Both the position numbers and the translations under genes were made by a program. From positions 21,405-85,404 of the IMG/VR virus record IMGVR_UViG_3300033074_001257: a stretch of DNA of 64,000 nucleotides. One strand, written 5' to 3'. Origin of the DNA: a virus. Lineage: Duplodnaviria > Caudoviricetes. Below the pieces are notes generated by a model, which did not search any database, was not told the DNA's origin, and saw nothing but the letters and a program-made list of their open reading frames with translations. Below, piece by piece: positions 37,930 through 47,077 of this stretch (the stretch's first letter is position 1; each line of letters opens with the position of its first letter).

Positions 37930-38421
37930 ATGCAACACCAACAGCGGGACACGTCCATCTTTAACCACGCCCTGGGAACGTCTGGCGTGATGAACTTCAA
38001 GAACGCGACCCAGTTCACCTATACCATTCTAGGTGTCAACTTTCCAGGCATTTCAATCAGCACCATTCCCCTGCCCTACAAAGACAATCTGATTTTCGTG
38101 CCAGACGACGTCGTGCAGCGTGACGAAATCAACATCACGTTCCTGGTGGACGAAAATCACGAAAACTACTGGTTCTTGCGCGACTGGATCAGCGGGGCCG
38201 CGCGATACGCTAAGAACTTTGAACGGATGAAAGACTGTTTTGACGACATGATTCTTGAGATCCACAATTCAAACAAGGTGATGACCCAAACGGTGAAGTT
38301 TGGCACAGCCTACCCAACGTCTATCACTGCCCTGAACTTCAGCACAGCAGTCAGTGAAGCTGAAGTCTTGCAAGCAGACGTGACTTTCGTGTACCACACC
38401 ATTGAACGAGTGATTTTGTGA
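37930..38421 (+). CDS. Tail completion/tube terminator (T4 gp3-like)
   Basis: VN.PGI, P.D......I.ITFLVDEN..NY..L..W, AYPTS...L.FS......A.VTF.Y. Confidence 0.8.
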   Translation: MQHQQRDTSIFNHALGTSGVMNFKNATQFTYTILGVNFPGISISTIPLPYKDNLIFVPDDVVQRDEINITFLVDENHENYWFLRDWISGAARYAKNFERMKDCFDDMILEIHNSNKVMTQTVKFGTAYPTSITALNFSTAVSEAEVLQADVTFVYHTIERVIL

Positions 38422-38634
38422 TGAGTAAATCCTACAAATACGACGCCGACCACAGCCACGCAAACGAATTCAAGAAGAAGCGTCGACAGACACGTCGCGT
38501 GAACGACGAGTTCAAGGACTGCGAGACGATACACTGGCACCACACCCACGCACTTCAGTCCCACGCACTTCAGAAACGCCACAAGCTGTTAAAGTGAGTC
38601 ACTCGCGCCGTTGAGTGTTTCGTGACCGCCCCGC

Positions 38635-38667
38635 AAAGCCACTTATTCGCGCGATAGTGGCTTTTTT
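38635..38667. terminator. Terminator-like hairpin between convergent units
   Basis: AAAGCCACT...AGTGGCTTTTTT. Confidence 0.55.
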
Positions 38668-38878
38668 AACGGCTCGGTGGTGCAAGGGTACCTGAAGTGG
38701 CTTGACGCGCCTTAGAACGCAAATGATCGCCACTAAAAAAGCCCACCGCTTTTCTTGTTGTTTTGCGAGTGGGCGACAATGCCTTTCCGTGGCACCTTTT
38801 CATTTTACTTATGCGGCGAGCGTTCTGTGCTAGCTTATGCGTCAGCTCAAGCGAAGCGTCCAGCGTTTAGCTCGTGGT

Positions 38879-39625
38879 TTACCCCATGAAAGCCATGACC
38901 GGGTAAGTGTACTGCTCCCACAGTTTAGTCTCAAGCTGCTCAATTTCCTGTGTCGCTTGATCTAGGATTCGCCCGCCGTTTAGTGTTCCGCCGCCCGGCA
39001 GCGCAACGCCCTCCATCTTGATCAGGTTGTTGCCCCACTGTTTTCGTATCAGCGCCGTGGCGTACTGCTTCAGCCAATTGTTGTTGTAAACTTGCTGGGT
39101 GTCGTTCATCGTGTAACACTTGTAGATGATGAACTGGTCTTTTCGTGTGGCGAGGTCTAAGGTGAGCTTCAGGGTCTTTTTGTAGAAATTGTGCTTGATC
39201 CGCACTTGGCTGCCCAGGAGTTCATTCAAGGTTGAGAGGTAGGACTTTGTTAGCACATAGTTCGATAGGCCGCCCGCGAACACATTCTGAATGATGTCGG
39301 TCAACATCCACTGGATTTGCAGGTTGTTCAAACTCAGGCTCGACAGCGATTGACTGTCTACGAGATTCGTCACGGTATAGACGTCGTCGCTTACAATTAG
39401 ATGACCGCGGTCAATGTCCTCTTGCGTGATCTTGTGTGCGCGGTACTGTTCTTCGGTGCCCTCAATGTGATACTGGAAAAAGAGTTGAAGTGCATCGTCA
39501 ATTCGATCGTCGACCTGTTCATCACTCACGTTGACGGTGATTACCGGGTGACCTAATTGCCGCATACAGTAGGCCTTGAACTCATTTCGGTTGTCGATGT
39601 CTTGCTGCCCGCGAAGTTCACTCAT
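38879..39625 (-). CDS. Neck protein (T4 gp13-like)
   Basis: YC.RQLG.PVI.VNV..EQ.DDRI.DAL..F..YH, WLK.YATALI..QWG.NL.K..G..LPGG..LNG. Confidence 0.9.
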   Translation of the reverse strand: MSELRGQQDIDNRNEFKAYCMRQLGHPVITVNVSDEQVDDRIDDALQLFFQYHIEGTEEQYRAHKITQEDIDRGHLIVSDDVYTVTNLVDSQSLSSLSLNNLQIQWMLTDIIQNVFAGGLSNYVLTKSYLSTLNELLGSQVRIKHNFYKKTLKLTLDLATRKDQFIIYKCYTMNDTQQVYNNNWLKQYATALIRKQWGNNLIKMEGVALPGGGTLNGGRILDQATQEIEQLETKLWEQYTYPVMAFMG

Positions 39626-39809
39626 GTTTTTTGTACCCGTGTGCTGTGGCTTGTGGGGCAGTGTGCCAATCGCTCGTGCCCATCTGCACTTTGACATCGT
39701 CGATGATTTGACACAGCCGGTTCAGTGATTGTCTCTTGACACTGTCTTGCTTTGAGAGTTCGGCCATATCGTACTTGATTTTTTCAATGTGACTCATCAC
39801 GGCTTTCAT
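39618..39809 (-). CDS. Small hypothetical protein
   Basis: ORF overlaps both neighbours in the same orientation. Confidence 0.45.
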   Translation of the reverse strand: MKAVMSHIEKIKYDMAELSKQDSVKRQSLNRLCQIIDDVKVQMGTSDWHTAPQATAHGYKKHE

Positions 39810-40000
39810 AATTTACCTGACAATTGCTGAAGTAAGGTTTCGATTTTATTTAATTTTTGAGTAAGATCTTGGACTTGCATTTCAAGATTGATTTGTCGAC
39901 GCATGGCCATCTGCTTCGCTGCCAGCCGCTCGCGTGCTTCGTGGTACGATTTCTGATCTTCGTTCACCACTGCCCGACCGTCTTTTACGTTGTATGACAT
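39806..40000 (-). CDS. Small coiled-coil hypothetical protein
   Basis: GGAG upstream; heptad-rich C-terminus. Confidence 0.55.
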   Translation of the reverse strand: MSYNVKDGRAVVNEDQKSYHEARERLAAKQMAMRRQINLEMQVQDLTQKLNKIETLLQQLSGKL

Positions 40001-40083
40001 CGCGATACTCCCCTGACAGTGTCCCGTGTGTTGCCGATAGCGATATTAAAGCTAGCAACATCACGAGCCGTATCACAAGCCGT

Positions 40084-40110
40084 AAAAAAACCGCCCACTA
40101 GAGGCGGTCT
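40084..40110 (-). terminator. Terminator-like hairpin on the minus strand
   Basis: A-tract then ACCGCC-cactaga-GGCGGT on the + strand. Confidence 0.6.
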
Positions 40111-40125
40111 CTTTCAAAGCACTTG

Positions 40126-41079
40126 TCAGGCAAAGACAAAAGCTTCTTCAGGACTGACGAAGGTGGGCGGCATGATGATTTGCTGCCGTTCTTTGATTTT
40201 GCTTTCGTTCAGCAGAAGGTCGCTTGCCATCATGTCAAGGCGGTTGTTCGTGCTGCGATCGGTTTCGCTCGTGTGTGAACGCAGCTCGGTCAACAGGTTG
40301 TAAAGCGTGAAGCGGTTCAGGTGCGATGGGATCTGCTCACGAATGGCAGCAGTGTTCAGCGCCATTGTAGTGTAACGGTCGCTGAAGTTGATGGCGTCGG
40401 TGCCCTGAAGCATACGCTCCAGGCGTTCTTTCTGATGCAGCGGCGCTTCGTTCAGGCGTTCTTTCACATGCGTGTGAGCGTTCATGACCTCAGCAACCGA
40501 CGCCATCGTGTACTCGCTTTTTTCAAGCGACAGGATGATTTTTTCGCTTGCTTCTTTTGCCAACATCTCGCCGGCGATTTCCATGTGGCGGTGGTGGTGG
40601 TTGATCACCGGGATTTGGCGCACGAAAAACTCGCTGCGACCGACCATTCCGTTCTCGCAAATGAGACGCATGAGCTGGACGTTACTTTGCACGTTCGGGT
40701 TGAAGGGGCTGAACGTGTACCCAACCTCAAAATCAAACTTGCCGCCGTCGCCGTATTTCGCGATGTCGAACTGCGACTTCAGTGAAAAATTGCCGACGCT
40801 GTCGTTCAGGTAAGCGATGGCATCATCGCTGTGCATGAAACCGGTGTAGGACGGCGGGCGGTGGTCCAGGAGTTTGTTGCCTTCAAAGACAAAGTGGCCG
40901 CCGCGCAGATTGTCAACCACCACTTGCGGGCTGGTGGCCTTAACGGCGCGTGCAATGGCGTGACGTGAACTGAGCTTCGCACTGTATTCGTTAGCGCGAA
41001 GGATGATGTCGTTGCCCTGAACCGAAACGTCGACGTCGGTGGCGTGGCGAACGAGCGTCTGTTTACCAGTGAATTTCAT
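40126..41079 (-). CDS. Hypothetical protein, DUF932-like
   Basis: RLICENGMV matches the R..C.NG motif of DUF932-type proteins. Confidence 0.45.
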   Translation of the reverse strand: MKFTGKQTLVRHATDVDVSVQGNDIILRANEYSAKLSSRHAIARAVKATSPQVVVDNLRGGHFVFEGNKLLDHRPPSYTGFMHSDDAIAYLNDSVGNFSLKSQFDIAKYGDGGKFDFEVGYTFSPFNPNVQSNVQLMRLICENGMVGRSEFFVRQIPVINHHHRHMEIAGEMLAKEASEKIILSLEKSEYTMASVAEVMNAHTHVKERLNEAPLHQKERLERMLQGTDAINFSDRYTTMALNTAAIREQIPSHLNRFTLYNLLTELRSHTSETDRSTNNRLDMMASDLLLNESKIKERQQIIMPPTFVSPEEAFVFA

Positions 41080-41143
41080 AACAGTGTCTCACGTGACGAA
41101 GGATGAAAGTGAGGGCCTTTTGTTGTAGCCCTCACAGCGTACT

Positions 41144-41264
41144 TTACAGCAATTTGCGGTAGTGTGCTAGCGTTTTTACCCATGCGAGCGTAAAGCCTCG
41201 AACTAGACTTTGAGGGTATAGGCGAGGGCAGTCAGTTTCACCAAGGTTGCTCAATGTCATTGAC
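41144..41264 (-). pseudogene. Orphaned 3' end (39 codons + stop) of the 42384-43268 gene, separated by the TnpB element
   Basis: Joining 42388 to 41264 gives the in-frame read ...EKNIYK-SMTLSNLGE...HYRKLL*. Confidence 0.75.
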
Positions 41265-42387
41265 ATCATCCCATAGAACAAAGCATAATGCGACCTATGA
41301 AAACCCTCAAGTTCCGTCTCAAAGATAAACACGCCAAGCTACTCACCCGACTTGCTTGCGAAGTCAATTTGGTATGGAACTACGTCAATGACCTGTGCTT
41401 TAAACACCTTCAACGCACGGGCCAATTCTTTTCGGCCTTTGATGTTCAAAAATACACTGCGGGTGCCACCAAAGCAGGGCTAAACCTGCACAGTCACACT
41501 ATTCAAGCCATCAGCGAAGAACTGGTCACGCGCCGCAAACAGTTCAAAAAAGCCAAACTTAAATGGCGGGTCAGCAATCCCAATTCCTCTAAGAGATCAC
41601 TGGGCTGGATACCGTTTAAAGCTTCGGCAATCAAATGTCAACATGGTCAAGTTAGGTACCTGGGCCAATGGTTTAGCTTGTGGGACAGCTATGGCTTAGA
41701 TCAGTACAAAGGCATGGTTAAAACGGGCTGTTTTGTTGAAGACAGCCGCGGCCGCTGGTATGTATGTTTGGTGGTAGACGTACCTAAAGACGAATCAAAA
41801 AAAGCGGCGTCGACCACTGCCATCGGCATCGACCTTGGGCTCAAAGACTTTGTCACGCTGTCTAATGGCCAAAAGATCGAAGCGCAGCGCATCTACCGAA
41901 AATTTGAACCCAAACTGGCCACGGCACAACGTGCCCACAAAAAGCAACGGGTCAAGGCGATCCACGCCAAGATTAAAAACACCCGCCGCGATTTCCATCA
42001 TAAACTTAGCGCCGCACTGGTTAAAGACCATGCGGCCATCTTCGTTGGCAATGTGAACGCCAAAGGCTTAGCACAAACCAAACTGGCCAAGTCAGTATTG
42101 GATGCAGGCTGGTCGGCGTTTAGAACCATGCTCAAGTACAAATGCCAGCAGGCAGGAGTATGGTTTGAAGAAGTCAACGAAGCGTATACCACCCAAACTT
42201 GCTCGTGTTGCGGCTCACGCCAAGACAGTCCGAAAGGTAGGGCAGGCCTTGGAATAAGAGAATGGACTTGTGTGCAGTGCGGTACACTGCACGACCGCGA
42301 CATCAATGCCGCCAAGAACATTCTCGCGCTCGGGCATGAGCGTCTCGCTGGAGGAATTCCCTCACCAAAGTGAGGGGAGGATGTCAC
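41265..42387 (+). mobile_element. Non-autonomous IS200/IS605-family element carrying tnpB only
   Basis: Right-end hairpin CCCTCAC-caaa-GTGAGGG then GGATGTCAC; left flank TTGAC; removal restores a host ORF; no tnpA present. Confidence 0.8.
41297..42373 (+). CDS. tnpB: TnpB RNA-guided endonuclease
   Basis: KTLKFRL...VWNY, GIDLGLK, RRDFHHKLS, VLDAGW..F...L.YK, VNEAYTTQTCSCC, CVQCG..HDRDINAA.NI. Confidence 0.93.
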   Translation: MKTLKFRLKDKHAKLLTRLACEVNLVWNYVNDLCFKHLQRTGQFFSAFDVQKYTAGATKAGLNLHSHTIQAISEELVTRRKQFKKAKLKWRVSNPNSSKRSLGWIPFKASAIKCQHGQVRYLGQWFSLWDSYGLDQYKGMVKTGCFVEDSRGRWYVCLVVDVPKDESKKAASTTAIGIDLGLKDFVTLSNGQKIEAQRIYRKFEPKLATAQRAHKKQRVKAIHAKIKNTRRDFHHKLSAALVKDHAAIFVGNVNAKGLAQTKLAKSVLDAGWSAFRTMLKYKCQQAGVWFEEVNEAYTTQTCSCCGSRQDSPKGRAGLGIREWTCVQCGTLHDRDINAAKNILALGHERLAGGIPSPK

Positions 42388-43268
42388 TTGTAGATGTTTT
42401 TTTCATCGTACATGTTCTGACGCAGCAGCCCATACGACATCGCGTAGGCAATCAGCGATATGGCTTGCTTGATGTTGTGCTTGTGGAACAACCCAAGGCA
42501 GTAGGCGATATAATGGCTGATCGTAAGGCTTGTCAGTGCCGACTCTTTGGTTGCCTTGGGCAGGCTTGTGAGGTTCACAGTGTCAAACTCGATCATGTAG
42601 TCGACGAGGTTGAACTGCTCAACGCGCTCACTTCCGAGGTTCCGCGCGACGCAATCGCACAGCATAAGAAGCGAGTTCATGTTGCATCGTGTGTTGTCGT
42701 TCAGTTCAGCAAACGAGTTCGCCCGCCGACCGATCGACTCATTCAAGTTTGACCACAGCGGCGGAGTCACCACGTTCTTGAATGAGATGCCCACTTTGGT
42801 GAACAAGTTCTTGAGCGGCGAAATGCCCATGATCAGATTGTTAACACTTGTCACATCAAATTCAACGGCAGAAAAACCCAGCCCGAGCCCGCTGCTGTGC
42901 GCCACACCGTCCCTGAACTTGTACATCATGCTATCGTGTATGAACCAGCAATCATCTGAGGCATTGAGTGCCTCGACCATCTCAGCCTTCAAGCGAATGA
43001 AGGTTTCTTTTTGAAACTGTACATCTTCACCGACGCCGCTATAGCACAGCGGGGTGCCGTTGTATTCGACAATCAAGGTCGGCTGCGGGTTGTCGTACCA
43101 GATGGTGGGAGCGGGGATCTTTTTGACGCGAATGCGAGTGCGCTTACCGTTTTCATCGCGAATGGTGAGCATTCCGCCATCTGACTGCGATGCCTTGTGA
43201 AGGTGAACTTCACGAAGGATCAAGTGGTCTGGGTTGAAGGGGGTGTGGTGCTGAGTGTGCAGTTTCAT
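42384..43268 (-). CDS. Hypothetical protein, truncated by about 39 aa by the TnpB element
   Basis: 294-aa ORF whose stop codon is the complement of the element's terminal TCA. Confidence 0.7.
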   Translation of the reverse strand: MKLHTQHHTPFNPDHLILREVHLHKASQSDGGMLTIRDENGKRTRIRVKKIPAPTIWYDNPQPTLIVEYNGTPLCYSGVGEDVQFQKETFIRLKAEMVEALNASDDCWFIHDSMMYKFRDGVAHSSGLGLGFSAVEFDVTSVNNLIMGISPLKNLFTKVGISFKNVVTPPLWSNLNESIGRRANSFAELNDNTRCNMNSLLMLCDCVARNLGSERVEQFNLVDYMIEFDTVNLTSLPKATKESALTSLTISHYIAYCLGLFHKHNIKQAISLIAYAMSYGLLRQNMYDEKNIYK

Positions 43269-43342
43269 GAACGCCTCACAAAAGTTTTATAAGGGCGAGT
43301 GCAAGCGCACCCGCTTAACCACATTATACACGACTCTTTGAA

Positions 43343-44575
43343 CTACGCAACTTGCGGTAAGGTTTTTTGTATCGTGTGCCACTCTCCGGCACGTTTATAG
43401 ATCAAGCGATGCGACTTTGGCCGCCCCACCACCTGGGTTGAATCAAGGTTGTTGCCAGACAGCGGGTCGATGAGTTCCCACACGCGGCAATCGCTGTTAT
43501 CAGGACGCGACGCGCGACCGATATGCTGGTTCAGGTCCGTGTAGCTGCCTACCCGTTTCGCGATTATCACATCGCTAACATTGGCACAGTCGATACCTTC
43601 ACCCAGTTTACGCGAGCTCACCAAAAACTGTACTGCGCCGTCGCTGAAGTCGTCCAGCAGTTTATCAAGGCACGCGCCTTCGTAGTCACCGGTGACTGCC
43701 ACGGCTTGGTACCCTTTTTGACACAGGTAGTCCGCGACCTGAACGCATTCGTCCAGCGTGCGCATGAACACGATGGTCTGGCGCATCTCGCCAACAAAAT
43801 TGTCCACGATTTCACGCATGAGCGGCACCTTGTCCAGTTTGCCGCTGGTGTCGACGATTGTGTTGATGTCCGCGTCACAGATGAACTGCCTTTGCACAGC
43901 ATCGCGGCGGGTCAACCCACTGATCACGTGATTGAACTTGATCAGCAGTTTGTCAGAACGCTCGGGTGTGGCCGTGATGCCCACCATCGGATAGAAGCCC
44001 ATGGTCGTGTAAGCCGACTGGCTGCCGCTACAGGCTTCGTGGTGCGCCTCGTCAATGACCATCAGATCAAATTCGTCGGTGATTTTCTTAGACAGCGACA
44101 CGTAGACGACTTCGATGAGCGATGGGTCACTGTGCTCGCCGAACTTCTCAACACTCACGAAACGCGGTTCCTGTTCAAACAAGCGTTTAGCTTGCGTGGC
44201 AAGACGTTTCATGTGGCAGCGAAACACCACGCGAAATGGGCGTGTGGCGTCGCGCTTCAGAGTGTCAATGATGCGCTGGTCGTTCAGCACAGCCGCCACT
44301 GTAAGCGTCTTTCCGCTGCCGGTGGGCTGGGTGATCAGTACCCGTGCGAGTTTGTCCGTGTTGAAGGCGTCTACGGTTTTGTTGACAGCGTCAATCTGGT
44401 AGTCGCGGAGGGCATAGCTGGCGAACTTGTCGTTCGTGGCGTTCGTTTCGAACGTGGCGAGTGTAGACATGCGTCGAACCTCAGAAGGATTGTAGGTCAA
44501 GTGACAAGCACCTGATGCCCGCATTTTGCGGACCTGTTGCGTTTTTTGCAAGCGATTTTTTAAATTTTTTGACAA
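43343..44575 (-). CDS. Superfamily 2 (DEAH/ResIII-like) helicase; start may be the internal ATG near 44470
   Basis: LRDYQ, PTGSGKT, IDEAHH, TATP.R.D, LGEGID, QHIGRASR. Confidence 0.88.
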   Translation of the reverse strand: MSKNLKNRLQKTQQVRKMRASGACHLTYNPSEVRRMSTLATFETNATNDKFASYALRDYQIDAVNKTVDAFNTDKLARVLITQPTGSGKTLTVAAVLNDQRIIDTLKRDATRPFRVVFRCHMKRLATQAKRLFEQEPRFVSVEKFGEHSDPSLIEVVYVSLSKKITDEFDLMVIDEAHHEACSGSQSAYTTMGFYPMVGITATPERSDKLLIKFNHVISGLTRRDAVQRQFICDADINTIVDTSGKLDKVPLMREIVDNFVGEMRQTIVFMRTLDECVQVADYLCQKGYQAVAVTGDYEGACLDKLLDDFSDGAVQFLVSSRKLGEGIDCANVSDVIIAKRVGSYTDLNQHIGRASRPDNSDCRVWELIDPLSGNNLDSTQVVGRPKSHRLIYKRAGEWHTIQKTLPQVA

Positions 44576-44647
44576 GTAAGTAGATCAGCAGCCACACAGC
44601 ACAGCACAGCACAGCAGCCACACAGCAGCCACACAAGGTAGGTCACA

Positions 44648-44875
44648 ATGGAAACCCGTAACGAGCCTGGCGAACACATCAAAGCTATTATCACGCGCGT
44701 GCTGCCGCTCATGCGCGTACACAGCTATCACACAGCCCATTCGCTCACGGGGGTCTATCTTGTCATTGAACGCGGCGCACACACGAGCCCGCTGGTGATT
44801 GCTTTCACTATGGGCGATTGGTTCGTGTTCATTGAAGCGATTCGTGACGCGGGGATCGACTTCACAGAGTCGTAA
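44648..44875 (+). CDS. Hypothetical early protein
   Basis: AAGGTAGG before the ATG. Confidence 0.5.
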   Translation: METRNEPGEHIKAIITRVLPLMRVHSYHTAHSLTGVYLVIERGAHTSPLVIAFTMGDWFVFIEAIRDAGIDFTES

Positions 44876-44983
44876 AAAATTACAAACTGTTACACAAGGT
44901 GGGTTGCTGCTTTACCGCAAATCGCTGTAATATTATTTCACGGACACAGCGTTCCGTTCCATACTACACCGGAGCAATCCATC

Positions 44984-45208
44984 ATGATGCGCGTTGAAAC
45001 TGTCGCCCTGAGCGTACAAAGCACTATCAGATCAAACCCACCTGAGATGCTGACCATCGTCAACGACCTGCGCGATATGCAAGTCAACATCGAACAGACC
45101 ATCGTTTTCTTCAAACGGTTCACCACGAACGGCGAAGTTCACATGTTCTACAGCGGCCTGGGCGGTCTGAACGAAAAAGACCTCGCTGACGAATTCATCA
45201 CTGTTTAA
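44984..45208 (+). CDS. Hypothetical early protein
   Basis: GGAG upstream; follows a promoter-like motif. Confidence 0.45.
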   Translation: MMRVETVALSVQSTIRSNPPEMLTIVNDLRDMQVNIEQTIVFFKRFTTNGEVHMFYSGLGGLNEKDLADEFITV

Positions 45209-45219
45209 GGGCTTACATC

Positions 45220-45504
45220 ATGAACATTCTCTCCTGCAAATTCGAAAAAATCAACGCTCGCGAGTTCCGGGCACGGGTCATCGCCAACCGCTTTTCGCCA
45301 GACGCCGACGGCATCTCGGTCAGCATCAATTTCAAGATTGATGGCGAAGAAATTAAGCCGTCGGTTGAAATGTACCTGCTGTTCGACGGGTACAAGCAGA
45401 TCGCTCGCGAACTGTACCAGAAAGAAAAGCCGAACCTGAACGTCCTCATCGCTCAGGCGCTGAAATTCACCTCGGACGATTTCAGGTGGGTCGGTCACAA
45501 CTGA
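45220..45504 (+). CDS. Hypothetical protein
   Basis: AAGGG before the ATG; codon usage like host-adapted genes. Confidence 0.55.
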   Translation: MNILSCKFEKINAREFRARVIANRFSPDADGISVSINFKIDGEEIKPSVEMYLLFDGYKQIARELYQKEKPNLNVLIAQALKFTSDDFRWVGHN

Positions 45505-45614
45505 CCCACAGCACACGAACTCATCTACGGCAACGAGTAAGGTTCACGAAGCGTCATCGCAAAGCACGAAGCGATGACGCTCACTCAAAAGTTTCACTTA
45601 GAAAGGTTTATGTC

Positions 45615-46118
45615 ATGTCACATCGCGGCGTTCGGATTCGCAGACCCTACAAGCAAGTCATCGGCTACTGGAACGACAAGCCTGTCACCATCAGCGTACG
45701 CAAAAAGCGCGTCGCTCACGGTCGTGATGCCGTTGACGTTGATGTCAATGTGATCAAGTATCTGTTTGCATGTGATGAGCAATCAGCTATCAGCTTTATC
45801 GTACACCATGCCTGGCGTTGCCGGTGGGAAAACAGAACGCGGATTGCCGATGAGCTCGTTCGCTGCCATGGGTGGGAAATGGTGAACGATGCGTGGACCT
45901 ACAACGGCATCAAGTCAATGAGTCTTGTCGGCCACAACTGGTTCTTTGAAAAGGAAATGTCCGACGGCACCGTCTACGTATTCAAACTCTTTGTTCCACA
46001 CGAACACTTGACCTATTCTGAAGTCCACGCGAAGATCGCGGACATCCTTTATTTCGTCGAAGTGTGCGAACGCGCAAGCGAATCGCAACTCAGCTCATCT
46101 GTACCCAAAGGAGAATGA
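45615..46118 (+). CDS. Hypothetical protein, paralog of 55907-56434
   Basis: Shared IG.W..KP, ENR....DE.VR.HGW and PHE.LT.SEV..K..DIL motifs. Confidence 0.6.
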   Translation: MSHRGVRIRRPYKQVIGYWNDKPVTISVRKKRVAHGRDAVDVDVNVIKYLFACDEQSAISFIVHHAWRCRWENRTRIADELVRCHGWEMVNDAWTYNGIKSMSLVGHNWFFEKEMSDGTVYVFKLFVPHEHLTYSEVHAKIADILYFVEVCERASESQLSSSVPKGE

Positions 46119-46121
46119 ACC

Positions 46122-46760
46122 ATGTACGTCACTCTGAACATCACCCAGCAGACCTATGATGCAGTTTGCAAACAAATGGCGGCCGATCGTGTGGGTGACT
46201 ACTACGACACACCTGCGGGGGCGCGTAGCCTTGAAATCCCCGAGGGTGCTCCTGGTCCTGTGCTCGCAATTGCAGATCGCCGTGAGGTTTCCTGGCTGTA
46301 CGACGACACCATCCGTTGCGGTTACACAGTGTCTAGTCATGGCACCTTCTACTGCACCAGCGGCCTCAATGTCCACGGCGTCTACAAAAACGACACTGGG
46401 CAGTGCATTGCCTTTTACTGGGGCCGCCGGTCGCGTGTCCAGGACCTGTACCATACGTTGCGCGACGCCGGCATCGAAGATCCGTTCGCTTTGACTGTCG
46501 TTGAGTACCTGACTGATGGACCCGACGACATGCTGTGGCATGAAAACCGTGCCGCGTATGTCTTGCGCAAGGGCGACAACACCATTGTCGACGCCATGAG
46601 CAGCAACGAGTGGGACCTTGACGCGTCGTGGTGTCAGGACGTTTGGCGTCGCTTGGGTGAACTGCGTCGCAACGACTTGGGTCGGGCAGCGGAAAAGCGT
46701 CGCATGGTCAACAAAAAGATCAGCGAAGCGTCGCCACGCCGCTGTGCTGCCGTAAATTAA
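46122..46760 (+). CDS. Hypothetical protein
   Basis: GGAG upstream; 212-aa ORF in the operon. Confidence 0.6.
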   Translation: MYVTLNITQQTYDAVCKQMAADRVGDYYDTPAGARSLEIPEGAPGPVLAIADRREVSWLYDDTIRCGYTVSSHGTFYCTSGLNVHGVYKNDTGQCIAFYWGRRSRVQDLYHTLRDAGIEDPFALTVVEYLTDGPDDMLWHENRAAYVLRKGDNTIVDAMSSNEWDLDASWCQDVWRRLGELRRNDLGRAAEKRRMVNKKISEASPRRCAAVN

Positions 46761-46788
46761 TCAAACGAAGCAAAGCAAGGAAGCAATC

Positions 46789-47028
46789 ATGGGAACAATC
46801 ATGGGAGCGATCACGGGAGTGACTATGGAACCAAAGGAACTGCTCGAGTTTTTGAACGAGTGCCCACACCACCTGGATGCGCTTGCTGAGTGTATCCCAT
46901 TCAGCCGAGCGTATATCAAGGCATTCGCAACAGAAGCCGTGCCCATGAATCGCGATGCCAAGCAACATGTTCGCGCGGGCGTCGCTCGGGTACGTCGTAT
47001 GAAAAGCGGCTGTAAAGGCTGCCGCTAA
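46789..47028 (+). CDS. Hypothetical protein with degenerate 12-bp repeats at its start
   Basis: AAGGAAG before the ATG. Confidence 0.45.
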   Translation: MGTIMGAITGVTMEPKELLEFLNECPHHLDALAECIPFSRAYIKAFATEAVPMNRDAKQHVRAGVARVRRMKSGCKGCR

Positions 47029-47077
47029 ACGCTTGCATACGCTGCCGCTAACTGCTAACAGAACGCGAGAGGATCAC

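Noticed and set aside
38420-38598. Short basic ORF after gp3
   Set aside because: Under 60 aa with low-complexity repeats; no support beyond stop/start overlap.
41144-41332. 62-aa minus-strand ORF as an independent gene
   Set aside because: Its first 23 codons lie inside the element; the rest is better explained as the severed C-terminus of 42384-43268.
41265-42387. IStron (intron-IS hybrid) that would splice out and restore the host gene
   Set aside because: The element is antisense to the host gene and has only about 32 nt before tnpB, leaving no room for a group I intron core.
43523-44515. 330-aa plus-strand ORF
   Set aside because: Antisense shadow of the helicase; no recognisable motifs or RBS.
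44585-44636. CAGCA/CACAG microsatellite upstream of the helicase
   Set aside because: Low-complexity run with no evident function; similar short runs occur at 37858-37885 and 63115-63135.
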